Assembly: GCA_030704615.1 (NCBI GenBank)
Contig: CM060731.1
Location: forward strand, 75,516,001 to 75,580,000
DNA length: 64,000 nucleotides
Source of the DNA: Takakia lepidozioides
Lineage: Eukaryota; Plantae; Bryophyta
Reading direction: 5' to 3'
The notes under the pieces are model-generated. The model was not told the origin of the DNA and did no database searches. It was given only the letters and a program-made list of their open reading frames with translations. Below, in pieces: positions 1 through 13,507 of this stretch (position 1 is its first letter; the number at the start of each line of letters is the position of its first letter). The translations under genes were made by a program, and so were the position numbers.

Positions 1-2380
1 TTCGACAATGAGCAGTGGGTATTTCCACTTCTTTATGCGTACATTTGCGATCATCCCGAAGGATGCAAGGTGAAATGATATAAACATATGACCTAATTAG
101 GTTTTGGGAGGTTTCTTGCAACATTCTTGTCTAATGAGTATCTTGTTTTGGACAGGTCACTGCAACTTACGACACGAACCAGTGTCAATTACCTTGCAGT
201 ATGTGCCTTTGCCCTAAGGAAATGCTAAGGGAAGTTGGAGAGAAGTTCCCATATCGAACTGAAGTTGGAATGAAAAGGGTTGTGGAATGGATGCTCAAAG
301 CATCAAAGCAAGTTACCAAGGACTTGTCCAGAAAACATTCATTGCATCCTGTCAAGGTTGGTAACTCACTCTTAAATTACCTTTGAATTGCTTACTAACA
401 CATGGTAAGCATTACTGAATTCAAATATATGTGATATTTTGTTTGTCTTCTTGACAGTGGGCGCATACGTGCAAGTACTTGCTGACATAATCTTTGACTA
501 CTAGTTCTGGTATGTTGTCTGCAGTGTGTTTTGTGGGGTTTTAATGGGGGCGACACAGAGTTTGGGAATCCCTACAGAGCAGTCAATGTGGACATGCTCC
601 ACCAATCGGACTTGGGGGTTTTCAAAACTTTAGTGGACATTCTACGGAACATTGCAATGTCCGTGCCACGACAAAAGATCCTCTTGGAGTTGGATCAACG
701 GCTTTTGGCAATCAAGCGTGTATCTAGATTTTCAGAATTCAGAGTGCCAGGCACTGACAAAGGAGGATACTTCTCCTCAAATGCAAATTTTGCTGTGTTC
801 GAACATCGCTCTGTTGTGCAGGTAATTTCTCATTCCATGTTTGCAAGTGACTCAAGTACCTGAAGTGCATAAGAAATTCCTCATGACATTGTGACCTCAA
901 AATTGCAGGTTATTGTACTTTCTATGGTGGGTCTCTTTTCTCCAGACATTGTGGGAGCGGTTGTGAAATATTTGCGGTGGTATGAGGTTGCTTGTCGCAC
1001 CAAAGAACATCATGATGAGTCACTTGCACGAATGGATTCGTTGATGCTGGAGTAAGAATCTCATAACTATACATTGGGACATCATTCTTGAGCAAACATT
1101 GAATTGAACTTTTACTGGTAAGCAAGTCATATATATCATGTGCCTCACTGAACTCGTGTTGGATGTTGTATGTGGAGTCAGAGCAATCAATACATTCAAG
1201 GTTACTTTCTCAACGTGGCAGAAATCCAACTTTAACCTGGTCAAAGTGCATGCAATGATGCATTTTGCCGATGCCATCCAAAGATCCGGGGCACCTTTTG
1301 AGTACAGCTCAAACATGTACGAGCATCTGCACATAGTGCTCATGAAGACTGCTTACAGAGGAAGCAACCGCAAAGATTTTTCAAGTTACATTGTCAAACA
1401 TAACCAACGACGTCAAGCTCTTCGAGAGGGTGCTAAAGATTTGGAAGGGTCTCCTCCTTCCTTTGAGAAGGTCACAACACTAGATATGGTACAATTTGAA
1501 CCTTATGCTTTCAAGTTTTATTTGGTTTCTTGTGTCCCACACTCAAATTTCAAATTTTGTGGATGAAGGTTCTAAGTCAGTTGGACATCGCTTCTTGTTG
1601 ATTGATGAGGTAGTATAATGGTGGTATTCGCAGGCAGTGCAAAGCGGAATGAATGTACTAGTAGGAGCTAAGGCCAACCTACGATTGTCCTGGCTGTCTT
1701 CTTCCGAATCAGAGACTGGATCACATTCAAATGTTTGTTATCCCAAACGGTTGCAAGAGATTCTCTCACAACAACCAGAGATCATGCAGAGGCTTTTGGA
1801 TGCTCTTGAGAGCTATGTTTCACAGACAGATTTCACGAGGATTTGTGAGGTATGATGCTAGTCTTTTTTGGCTTCAATCCATGCACGTTTAAAGTAAATC
1901 ATAGTTGTTGAGTCTTTTGCAGTATGCTGATCGAAGTGTGTGTTTGTTGAAGAGCAGGTTCTCAAGATTTACAATTCTCTAGTCATACCTATGGGAGCAA
2001 CTGAACGGTTTGCAGACTGGCCTATGTATAGGAGGGCTACTTCTAACTTTCATGGTGGGGCATGGTTCAGCAATGTTGCATTGCAAATGGAAACAACAGG
2101 GGAAGAAGAGAGAACACACTATGGGCAAGTACGCCTCTTCTTTCAAGCAAGCTTTGTGACACTCAACAATGAGAGTTTTTCTAAAGACCTTGCTTTCTTG
2201 CGCATGTATCGAAATGTTTCTGCAAATGCTACCAATCATTTAGTACAATGTCCAGAGTTGCAATGGCCGAGCACAGTTATCTACACGGTCATGGGCACAA
2301 GTCACATCCTACGGGCTGTCCACTTGGTGCCAAATTTTCTGAAAGATGGACATTTTTTTGTCAATACATTCAAGTTTTGA
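1..2380 (+). CDS. Plavaka/CMC(EnSpm)-type transposase, spliced, 5' end outside window. Exons 1-69, 156-356, 525-821, 909-1051, 1182-1488, 1634-1849, 1958-2380
   Basis: GT-AG introns join into one stop-free frame of about 551 aa. Motifs YICDHPEGC, C-x2-C (CSMC), VDMLHQSDLGVFK, KVHAMMHF..IQRSG...YSSNMYEHLH...KTAYRGSN and a C-terminal RAT..FHG..WFSNV..YGQVRLFF..ILRAVHLVP..FFVN region match Plavaka-type transposases as I recall them. Confidence 0.75.
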
Positions 2381-2715
2381 GATTGGAAGTACGAGGATTG
2401 AAATCCCACCTCCAAGTCGATGGGAGAACGTTTTATGAAAGAATGATAGATCTTGCACCAGAGTTCAGGGTCGCCGGCTTCACCTATATTTTATTTCCAC
2501 CTTGCACAAGGGGCAAGAGATCCACAAGGGATTTGCAGGTTTTGCTCTTCTGGCCCCCAACCTCATTATCTGTCTTCTTCATTTGTTCCTCCAGCCCTTT
2601 CTTTGTTTGGCTGTGTCTGTGTGTGTATGTCTGTTTGTGTCTGTGTGCTTTCAGTGTCTATGTCAGTAAAGCCTCTCGATATGCCGCAGCTGGCAGGTGG
2701 GATGACACAGCATAG

Positions 2716-3160
2716 GTGAGGAAACGATTTGACTTTGAATGGGCTCAGTCAGCAGACGGAGGGGCCAGATTCCCACAGTATCTGAAAGGGAAGGGATTTA
2801 CCATAACACAGGGAGGGAATCTGGTGGCAACAACTGCAGGGTTGTCATCAAATGAGCAGCTTGTTCAATCTGAGGGCCACAGAAAGAGAAATTTAATGCT
2901 GCTAGAGAGCTTCAAGAACTCTCACTTTTTGGTTCATATTGGAAGTAAGGGGGTTGAGCATTCTGGGAGGCAGCGGAGCTGGGAGGGACTGACACACATT
3001 GGGTCCTCAGACGAAGAGGAATCAGATGGTGAGAAGAATGCAGGGGCTCATGGTTGCAAGCCTATCGTGATGGAACATGGGCAGTTTGACCCAACGGCTG
3101 CAGGTGGTGTTGCTAGGGCAGCCATAACATGTCGTTATTTGGGAAATGGAGGTGTTGCGG
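2716..3160 (+). pseudogene. Isolated host-gene exon fragment, possibly from a TRIPP/AT3G17900-like gene
   Basis: SEGHRKRNLMLLESFKNSHFLVHIG and HGQFDPTAAGGVARAAITCRYLGNGGVAV resemble, from memory, conserved blocks of that plant family. No flanking exons are seen. Confidence 0.35.
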
Positions 3161-5589
3161 TACATCCTCACTATGTTGCTTTCCTTTATTTTTGGGTAAA
3201 ACAAATGGAAGACTGTTGTTTGTGTGATATGTCATACTGAAAAGTAATGAAGGGTGACTGTCAGAGTAACTGTTCAGACACGGTGTGTATCCAATGCATG
3301 CTGCTACAGGTTTGGAATGAAGGCTGTGTAGTAATTCCCTGATTTCTGTATTGGAGCTACCATGGTTAGAAGCTAGGCACTTGTGTATTGCCAGTTCACT
3401 TGTAATTTATTGAAGCATCCCATAAGAATTCATGGTGGATGCGCTTCTTCATTGGGCAGGTCATCATAGGTCTTGACAATGGCATGGAAGTGAGGGGCTT
3501 CTCTCCTTCAGGGGGGCTGTCCTGGAGCCCCAGCGATTCTCTGCTCACTGTGGGCTGCAATGGCCCTATGTTCTTGGGAAGCGATGGAAGCGCAAGTTGG
3601 CCATCCTGCAACCCATTAGATTGGAATCTTATTTTGCAAATTGCAACACCCAGGATCTCATATGTGTCCTTGTTGAGGTGCCTCTCTTCCTTATCTGGTC
3701 TCCCTCTTGTCTGTTGTTTGCTGTATATTTCCATTTGCCCTACATGTCTGCTGCTGTCGTCTCTCCCTCACTCCCTCTCTCTAGGGTACCCCAAGCCAAG
3801 CTTAACAAGTACTGCTCTCTTCCTTGCAGTCCCTTCTAAAGTTACTAAGCAACCTAGATTTTTGTGGGGCCTGTGACTGAGAGCAGAATATACTTCCAGC
3901 TACAGGTATAACAACAAATGTAGTCATGTACATGGATTCTGTCAGCATTGTGTGCCAGTCTGCAGCCCCTGGCAGCCCACCTTTGTCTGCTCCTATTGCT
4001 TGTGTTGAGGTTAGAGAGGATCACAGTTTGCCAGGTCTTGCTCTCAAGTTAGTTTTCCCACTCTCTCCCTCTTTTTCGCTCTTTTTGTACATTCATGCAC
4101 TTGCAACAACTGACTAGCCTTTATACCTTCTCTATCAGTTTTCTTGGGCTTCAACTAAATGTTCCTCCATTCATGCGACCTGGCAATGTCAGAATTGTTT
4201 GTGGTTTTTTGTTCTCTTTGTCATACTTATCTTTCATCTCAGAATACCAATTGGAGTGGAGATTTTGACAGGGTGGGAGAACAACACTCCTTCATTCTGA
4301 GGCCCATCAATCAGGCATGGGAGCACTTTGCTGTTGAGGAGAGCAGGAATCCTACCAGGTCTCGGCCCCCAAGGGAGGCATATTCTTTGCAAGTATATTG
4401 CACATCCAGCATTGCAAATGGAATCTCCTAATCTTCCTCACTCGCTCATACCTCGGTCTCACCTCTCCCCAAACTACAAGAAAGAGCACATGCAGGGTAT
4501 TGTTTTGCAATTTGTGCAGCATTTTCTGGTAGATTGGTTGTAGAATTGTATCACATACAGAACGCTGTAGAAGTTCTGTGGATGCAGCCATTGTTCCGTA
4601 AGCCTCTGCATGGCTGCCAGATATCTGCTGGACGGATTACACTAAAATGTAGGCATTGAAGTTTCAGTAACATGAGTAGTTGAGAATATACCCCTCAAGG
4701 TACCTGTGCCACTTTGCTAAATATTTGATAGAAAGTTAAAAGTTTCATCATGGAGACACTTTGGGAGCATTTGGACTTGCACTCTTGTTTGAGCCCCAAT
4801 TACTGCTGCCATTACCCCCCTGCCCCTGTTCAAGTCTTGATCTGAATTTAGCTGTTATTAGCTATAGAAGGGGGCATTTGTTCAATGGGGATTATCACCA
4901 TTAGCAGCATGTGAACTCCGCATTTGGTTTTTAAAAATAAGGACACATTGTGACTTCATGCACAAATTTAGAAGAACAAATTTTCATGTTTGTAACAAGG
5001 ATGATGTGTAGCTTAAGACCTGTGGTGACTTGGACTGCAAATATGGTTGCATGTGGCAGCCCCCACTAAAATTTCCTCTACTTAATGGTCTTGAAGGAAT
5101 AGGTTTTTCGAAGGCAATTGGTGACATAAAATTGCCCAAGTATATAGAGGCGGGTTGAGAACTGATAATGACCATGCACAACCATCCTTGAAGTACATGA
5201 TAGAATTCCTGCACACCTAGAGTTGGATGTCCCATGAAGTAAGGCCTTGGGTCAATACAAAGCGACTCAGAAGGGAATGTGACTTGTTCAAGAGGCCTTG
5301 AAATAGCCCTCAAGTCAAGCCAATGTATTCACCCCCTGCTGCATTACTGCAACCTAAACAAGAATGACAATCCATGAGGCTCATCACTGTCACTCAGCAG
5401 GCCCCAGCTGAGTGAGGCTGAGGCTGAGTACTGAGTATGAGGAGTTCATCTTTGCATCCATCTTTTTATTCATATATAAAGAGATCTACATTACCTATTA
5501 ATCTTTTCATCCATATTTTCGTACACACTGTCTTATATTTTCGTACACACTTTCAAGTTTTATTTGGTTTCTTGTATGCTAAGACAAAG

Positions 5590-5815
5590 GCCATGGCAGA
5601 CGTCAAGGGTGCTCATGCCTACATCATCAAAAGTAGATTTGAGCTAAGCATGTCTCTAGGAAACACCCTTCTCAGTTTGTATTGCAAGTGTGGGAGTGTT
5701 ATGGAGGCAAACCAAGTGCTTAATAAAATTCATAAATGGAATGTTATCTCCTGGACTGCAATGATTGCAGAATTAGCTAAGCAAGGGCATGCTGAAGATG
5801 CACTTGAACTATGCG
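5590..5815 (+). pseudogene. PLS-class PPR gene fragment
   Basis: AHAYIIKSRFELSMSLGNTLLSLYCKCGSVMEANQVLNKIHKWNVISWTAMIAELAKQGHAEDALEL is a typical L-S-P PPR motif run. Only about two repeats are present. Confidence 0.85.
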
Positions 5816-6459
5816 ATGTGCCCTATGCCGCTATGGGAAAGTAAAAATCTTTTTGAACCTGGTTTCCTTAAACACATGTGGGTACTCTCTTACCTTGGCC
5901 CTGCAAGAGTTGGGAACTATTGCTCTATTCTAGCCTTCCCTTTTCCGATAAGACTCAACATATTGTGCAAATGGGATTGTAAACAAAACTGGATGGAGCT
6001 TCTACAGAGGCCACATTGTAATGACTTGGTCTGTTATAAGATCTTTTAGTTTTTGGCCCATGTGACATATCAGTGAAGAATGAAAGTCTACAGACATGAT
6101 TGCCTTCTCATGAGCAGGAATAACAAATCTAGAGCCTGAATAAACCTCATGGGCGGTTACAAAATGCATTTTCATGTTTCTCCTCACTTTGCCAGCCAAC
6201 TTAGTGATCTGCACCCAACTCCTCACTGGTGTTGTCTAGGCTAATTAAAAAAAATTGCATCAGAGATAATTGCATCCATCAACAGTGGCTATCCACCCTC
6301 TGAGCAACTGCTCAAGTGCTCCCATGCTGTGTAGCCCTCATTTCTGGTCGCGCTCCATTTCTAGCTCAATCGATATCAAATTCCCCAAGACATGAATGAC
6401 CAAACTTGTTACTGAAACAACTTGAACATGGTGCTTTTGGTTTTGCACATCATGTGGAG

Positions 6460-6660
6460 TTGGGGGGGGGAAGACAAGGTGGGGAGAGGGGCCAAAAGGG
6501 GTACAGAGGGGAGGGTGGAGGTGGCGGTGGGGGGGGGTAGACAAGGTGGGGAGAGGGGGCAGAAGAGGACAGAAGGGAGGGTGGAGGTGGAGGTGGAGGT
6601 GGGGAGGGAGGCAAGGCGGGGGGCGGAGGAGGCGAAGGTCTCCGCGTCCTCCGCCTGGGA
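6460..6660. repeat. G-rich low-complexity tract (GGAGGT/GGG runs)
   Basis: Repeated GGTGGAGGTGG and G homopolymers, with a short duplicated unit (AGACAAGGTGGGGAGAGGGG). Confidence 0.7.
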
Positions 6661-7892
6661 ATATACACAGGGAACCTACATTCACACAGTAGGGTTGGTC
6701 TTCTATGCACCCTACCGTTCGCGCTACAATTCCTAAGCCATCTAAGTGATTCACAATTTTCACTGTCACATCCTACACACCTATGCGACCTAAACTCTTC
6801 ATCTGACATGATTCGTACAGGGGCCATAAGATGGATTGGTAGACCTCTCTCAATATCCCCTGCTATCCAGCTACTCAGTTGTGACAGCCTCCAGCCATTA
6901 GCACCTTCCTTTTGGATGACTGCAAGTGGCTTGTCCAACGAAGTTGCTCTAGTTAGATGGAACTGCCATATCTGTAAGGCACATCCCCAAATTGTTATCA
7001 GTTCCACAGTCTAAGTCCCAACAAGAATACCAGTGTGGGTCAGAGCCTCATCTTTGTTGTCACATTCTGGAGCGAAGAGAGACTGGAATTTCTTTGGCAT
7101 CATATTCTTTATTGCTAACCTCAATAAAGAAAACCTCAAATAAATTAAAATTCATTTGGTTGTAGACAACTGCAAAACCAGACAACTGCAGTGGAGGATC
7201 TCAAAACTCACAGAACTGAATATGTGCATAATGATTTTCTCAGATTTAAGAAAAAAACAGGAAATATGGTACTTACAAAGCAAAATCAGAGTTCGATCGT
7301 GCAGTCTTGCCCCCATTCAGGTTACCAAGCTCAGTCTTGTACTCCCTTTTCCCAAGTATAATTGCAATCACATTTTTTTTTAGTGCAATCTCTCTCTCTC
7401 TACGAGCTTTCCGTGGACGTTGTAAAGCACCATTTCATTTCATTTCTCTCTCTCCCTCTTTCATAGAATTGCGAAAGAACACCCATGTACCTCATCTGTA
7501 GACATGACTCTGATGTAGTGCAGCTGATGTAGTGCATACTGAGTAAGAGATTATAAATTTAGACAAAAGGGCCCACCATAGCAAGAACGAGAAGTTTGAA
7601 AAGGGGGGACCCACAAATAGAGATAAAAGTGCATTGATCGAGGCACTACGAGGGCATCGGCCACCACCCAGCAACGGAGAGAAGGACTACTTCCACAAGA
7701 CACACAATAGGATTAAACAACCAGACATTATAGACAAGGGGTAGAGAGAAGACGACATTTACATACCCCAAGGCGACGATTCAATGTTGACTTTAAGTTT
7801 ATTTCACAATGAATTTTCCGATTCAAAATTTGAGATGCATGTTACAAGACTAGCAGGAACTCCCTTGCAATGTGTAAGTGGTATGTACATAC

Positions 7893-8877
7893 CAGTGTTG
7901 TGCGGGTACCCGCTTAGGCGGGTTGGAACCGGAACCGGAACCGGGGAGTAGCGACAAGCCGGTTCCAAAACCGGACCCGGCGGGTATGGGTTCGTCTTCC
8001 TATTACTAAGTCCCTTTCGGCTTCTCGGTGTAGGCAATATATGAGAAATAGATGCTCAGCCAGCGATGTCCAATAACAGCGCTAAAGTGGTAAATCTATC
8101 GGCACCACAGGCAGTGGCATACGACTCCGAATCTAACAGGCCTGGCCCCGTCACCTCTCGCTCGAGCGCAGGAAGCTAGCATCGCAGGCAACAGTTTTTT
8201 TTGTTTTTTTTGTTTTTTTTGTTTTTTTTTTTTTCACGATCGTCTCTCACGTCTGTTTTTGAATAGTGAGGAAGTCCACTTAGATGACAATGAGGAGTTG
8301 ATTGCAGAGGCCGAGTTGTTTGAGATAAAATGATTTCTTTGTGTACTCTACACACATTAATTTATACTCGCTTACATTGCATTATTATTATTTCATAAAT
8401 TTGTATACGAATGTTGTGTTGTTTCTTTTCAACATGGTCAAAAAAATTGATATAACTAATGGGGATTCACAAATCATTTTCAGATTTATAAAAAACGATC
8501 AAAAAATTAATATATATTTTTAAATTCAAAAAATAGAGAACCGGAACCGGAAACTGGAACCGGCGGTTCCTTCCCAAAAAATACCCGGAACCGGAACCGG
8601 AATCTGCTCAGGAATTTTGGAACCGGAACCGCAACCGCTTCATAAAACAGAACCGGATCCGGAACCGGAACCGTCTCTTTAAATATACCAAGGAACCGGA
8701 ACCGGCGGTTCCTTCCCAAAAAATACCCGGAACTGGAATCTGCTCAGGAATTTTGGAACCGCAACCGCAACCGCTTCATAAAACAGAACCGGATCTGGAA
8801 CCGGAACCGTCTCTTTAAATATACCAAGGAACCGGAACCGGAGGTTCCTTCAATATGGCAAGAACCGCACAACACTG
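7893..8877. mobile_element. Non-autonomous hAT element (MITE)
   Basis: 13-bp perfect TIR CAGTGTTGTGCGG / CCGCACAACACTG. 8-bp TSD GTACATAC at 7885-7892 and 8878-8885. Subterminal GGAACC repeats and a ~140-bp internal duplication. Confidence 0.93.
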
Positions 8878-9335
8878 GTACATACGTTCTCTCTAACTTT
8901 TACCCACCAAAATGTTGTAGATTTTTGCTGAGAAATCAAAAACCCACTTTCTGAAGAGATACCTAAACACACCTTTTGGTTTTGCATTATGGATTTTCTG
9001 AGGCCCTACACGCCGCCCATGGCACCATTACATGGCCCACATTCCCTTTTATAAATGATACACTCCCTGTCCCTATCAGGACAGGATACCTGATGTAACC
9101 AACCCCCCCTTTTAAGCTCATCTGCCTCCCGAACTTGCGGCTGGGACATTGTACACCCCTATTATTATTGTTATTAAAAAAGAATATATGTCATTGTTTT
9201 TTATTAACTTCAATAACTTAACTTCCTCCCCTTTTGTCAAAAAAAAAAAATAGAGGGGCCCTTGAAATGTATAAACTTAACGGTATTTTCATACATGGAG
9301 ATGTACAGCTTTGTATTTTTATTTTCTTAAGCGCC

Positions 9336-10142
9336 AATTTCACTAGTAGAATTTTACGCCTCTCATTTTTGAATAATTGGGAATTTAAGGCGCACGTGTG
9401 CGCCAGGCAACGGCCCATGCACGGACGTCGGGAGCCCCCACAACCACCCGGGATGGTCTAGGTCTGCTCGCAGGTTGGGTCTGTTGGCAGGTCGGGTCGG
9501 GTCCGCTCACTCTCGCAGGTCGAGTCTCCTCGCGGGTCTTGGGTCCAACTTATTGGTCTGCTCGTCGCGCCGCAGCCCGCCCGCGGGACTTAGAAATTTT
9601 TGCGGGAAAACTCGTCCATCAAAAGGAGGGTCAATACACGTGTAGCACCAGCCAAAACCATCATTAATACATATTTGGCACAACCAAATTCGAACCTACG
9701 ATCCCGTAAGTGTCACTCAATGCACCCAACCACCACACTACCGACTGCTTGCTAATACCCAACATTTTTTTTTCTCTCTTAACCTAGAAAACAGCCGCAG
9801 TCAGCCCCAACGCCGCCTAGGGTCAGGGCCTGCGGACCCTACCTCGCAGCACACCCATCCTCGAGGCAGACTCACTCGAGTCTGAGCCTAACCTAGGGTC
9901 AGGGCTTGTGGACCCTACCTAGCGGTAGACCATACCTGGCAGACCCACCGTCTTGCGGTAGACCATACCTGGAGTAGACCCATCCTCGCAGCAGACCCAC
10001 CCGGGCCGGGTAATGGGTCGCGGCGGGGCCACCCAAGGGCGCCCGACGTCCGTGTGTGGGCCCGCTGCCTGGCGCCGGCTGGCTGAGCCTTAAACTCCCA
10101 ATTATTCAACAATGAGAAGCGAATTTTAGCAGGCTGAAATTT
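9336..10142. mobile_element. Degenerate foldback/MITE with ~110-bp imperfect terminal inverted repeats (MULE-like)
   Basis: 9336-9445 (CTCATTTTTGAATAATTGGGAATTTAAGGC...GCACGGACGTCGGG) is the imperfect reverse complement of about 10030-10142. No TSD resolved. Confidence 0.6.
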
Positions 10143-12894
10143 TACATATTCACTAAGACGTTCCCTAGTACTTTTAAGGAAAAAAATAAAAATTGTTTGA
10201 TCAAAACTGGCAACTGCAAGCCTGCATGCTATATTCTAGGGCTAATGAAAGCTTCCACCAGATTGCCCAGTGGTCAGGTACCCAGCCCCAACTGGCAAGG
10301 GAAGAGGCCCATGTATAATTTTTATTTTTTTAATATTTTAAAAGCATGTGCTAGAGTAGGACAGACGGCCCCTAATTTGTGTTATTTTATTTTATTTAAA
10401 AAGGGACATAACTTAGAAGCCCTAAAATGAATAAAATGAAATAAAATTACTACTATTATTATTATTATTGTCAACTTTTGGAGCAATTGGCATCATATAA
10501 GAAGTTACACTGAGCAATATAGTCTAATAGATACCCAGAAATCTCATCCGATTTTTATTTCACTTATCCTTAGTGAAATATATTTCACAGAAAAAATAAA
10601 ATAAATAAGAGATATTTGATAATAATATTTACCGCAAATGTAGGAGTAACTGACTTGTCAGTTGAGTTACGATTCTGTTACTAGCAAGTCGCCAACATTA
10701 AGTACTTACCAGGGCCCACTAAACCGTATTAAATACTGTATCGTATCGTATCGTATCTCTGTCGGATGCCGTTATATAGTAAATACCTGATCGGCAATCT
10801 GTTCAGTAGCACGCGATTGGCCAGTGCAGGAATTTATTGACCGTCGACTGTCAGAAGCTCCGACGGCAGAGATGTGTTTCAAGCTACCCTCCAATGAATG
10901 CATCCGATCAGTCTGAGGCTGTTATGTAACGGTGCTACTCAATAGGCATAGCATGAACGAAGCTCCGTTAAAGGACCCTCGTTCGTGGACGGAAACATTT
11001 GGCGTTAGTTAGTTAGAGCTAATCATTCGTTGATCATTAGCAGCGTTTTAGTTGGTTAGCTAGTGCTAGTTAGTGATTGTGTAATCATGGTTACCAATGG
11101 GGTTTATTATATATAATCTCACTATTTATTTATTTTAGAAAGAACATCGTATTCATTACTAGTTACTACTATATTTACTACACATTAGAGGGTATATGGT
11201 AATTTTTAGTCGTCCATTTGGATATACTTTGGTTTTTTCGTTTTTTCCTTGTTAGTAGTAGGCACCTACTATTAGCCTTACGATTTATGAATTATTGTGG
11301 TACTCTGAAGTATTAAAATAAAGATAATAATGATAATAAAGCCCTCAACGGCTTCCTCCCATTTCTCTAGAAAACTAAATATATATATATTATACAACAA
11401 ATTGCTCTCAAATAAGAGCATATCCTTTATCTACAAATGCAGGCCAAATGCAGATGGCAATCTCATGTATATAAGAGCAACACAGTGTTAAAGAGAGCCA
11501 TTATCATGAGCTAAGGATTCAGCAAAGCAACAACATTGAGCTGATCATGAGAGAGAGAGAGGGAGAGAGAGAGGTGCACCAAACAATATAATTCACTACT
11601 CAGATGGGTAAGCTACGTATGTTCAGTTGCTGGCCACTAGTAGGTTAGAATTAGCTTTGCTTTCAAGATCCAGGAGAGAATTTGATTGACAAGTACCCAG
11701 TGCCCACCTGAGTCTGAAACTACTATTGCATTCATGGTTCATTCTTCCTTTAAAGGAACTAATATACTCTGGACACTGTTAGATTACGGATAGTGTGACA
11801 AAAGCTATGGGCATTTGGGCGCTCCTTGATTTTCACATGCTTCTTGGTGCCCCATCCAAACAAGAGAATGTCCCCTTCATTAAAGGCCGGAACACCCTCT
11901 CCTTTAGACAATCCAGTCATACAGCAACAAATTGGGGGTTGTACCTCAACTCAAAAATCCCGAAAGGCACTCTAAACTGGGAAAGAAATGGCAGGTGTAC
12001 TATATGCCCCTGAAGTAGCTAGGAAGGTACCTTCACATCTTACCTGCTGCAAGATCACAACAGAATAGAAGTCGCTTTGATATGAGTACCCTACACCAAA
12101 ACGAGAATAATATACTATATAGTGCTCCTGCATGCAGTTGTCAAGATAGCTCCCTAAAAGCAGTGTAGCCTAATAATCATGTGCAAAAAAGAACGGTCTG
12201 AGAAGCAAGTGTGTGACTGAATTTCAGTTATTACAGCCTTCCACTAAAGTCCTTTCCAAAAAGACCAAGACCACTTGGTCAAAACTCCGCTGCAGTGCTG
12301 TCTTCGTGCCTTACACACGAAGCTGACGTGCAGAATGCTAGAAAAAAAAAGATGGGAAAGAAAGAGATGCAGTGTGTAGGTAAGTTATTAGTCTCCTTCC
12401 ATCCAGCTGGTGACACACATGGATGCAGTAGGTTACTGCAAATTGATGGCGTTTGTCTTGACTTGGAGGACTGGTAGATAGCTCGAGAGTTGCGCAATCC
12501 CTGCAGACAGCCTAGGTGGTACTCACACGTGAATACTGCGCAGCAGCCAGGAGTCATAAAGTATGCAGTGGCTGGCGTTGGCCTCCAACACTTTGTTGCA
12601 CGCATTGGAGAGGGCGAGAGAGAGGTTTGACCTCCGTATTGCGTGTGTCTGTGTGTAAGGCGGAAAGGTGTCCTTTGCATGCCAAGAGAGTCTTTCCACC
12701 TGTATACTACCCGAGCATCAAAAGCATGCGGCCCCGCTTACCCAAGCACCCATCTCGCTCACTGATGATGGGGGTTTGATGATGGACGGCGGCCATACTC
12801 TGACTTCCAACATAGGGGTGTGGCTGTCATGAAGTATCGAGTTTCAAAATTTAAACTTCCGCTTTCATGAGGCTAAGTAGATATTTGCAATGCA

Positions 12895-13286
12895 GACCAG
12901 AGTAATTAACCCACAAATGCTCACTAATTGCCCACAAATGCTGTGTAAAGTGTAAACTTTAAAACATTGCCTAATCTAGTAAGTAGAGCTGCATCTTAAT
13001 TTAATTAATTCATCTTAATTCAACATCTGATCAAGTCGCATTAACTTCTAATTCTGTCTTTGTCCACAAGTAATGAGAGCGATTAGCACTCGTGACTCCA
13101 CAACTCAGGACTGATGTACATCCCAAGAGGGCATTAGGGCAATTAGTGAACACTTTCCGTGTTGTCCAATGATTAGTGAACTATGTTCCTGCTGTACAAT
13201 GTGATTTGTGGGTTTAGTACCGCAATTGTATGTTTCCTCCATCACAGTGATTAGTGTGGGCAACTAAGTTATTACTAGCCTGGTCC
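12895..13286. mobile_element. Possible old MITE
   Basis: GACCAGAGTAATTAAC...CCCACAAAT at the left end versus ATTTGTGGG...GTTATTACTAGCCTGGTC at the right end (imperfect inverted termini). Confidence 0.35.
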
Positions 13287-13507
13287 TTTCAATAATATCA
13301 AATCCTAATTGGGCGGTTATTGTTAGCCACCCCTAAATAGTAAAGAGAGCAATAAACCCTAATTTAATTGCCAAACGCTTACATTACATTGCGTTGTAAA
13401 TACTCTGCCTGCAAGCGAAATATGCCCAAGAAAGATTAAGTTATACAATGCTGTTCATAGTCTATCTTAGAAATCTACTTTCCCTCTTTCCACACCTCTA
13501 AATTGAT

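Noticed and set aside
6338-7007. Extensin or proline-rich protein gene
   Set aside because: Poly-Pro arises from a short G/C low-complexity tract open in several frames. There is no signal peptide or regular SPPPP repeat.
10639-11182. Solo LTR (TGTAG...CTACA)
   Set aside because: No matching TSD and no second copy in the window.
12279-12830. Protein-coding gene
   Set aside because: Overlapping short ORFs with no recognisable motif or consistent splice structure.
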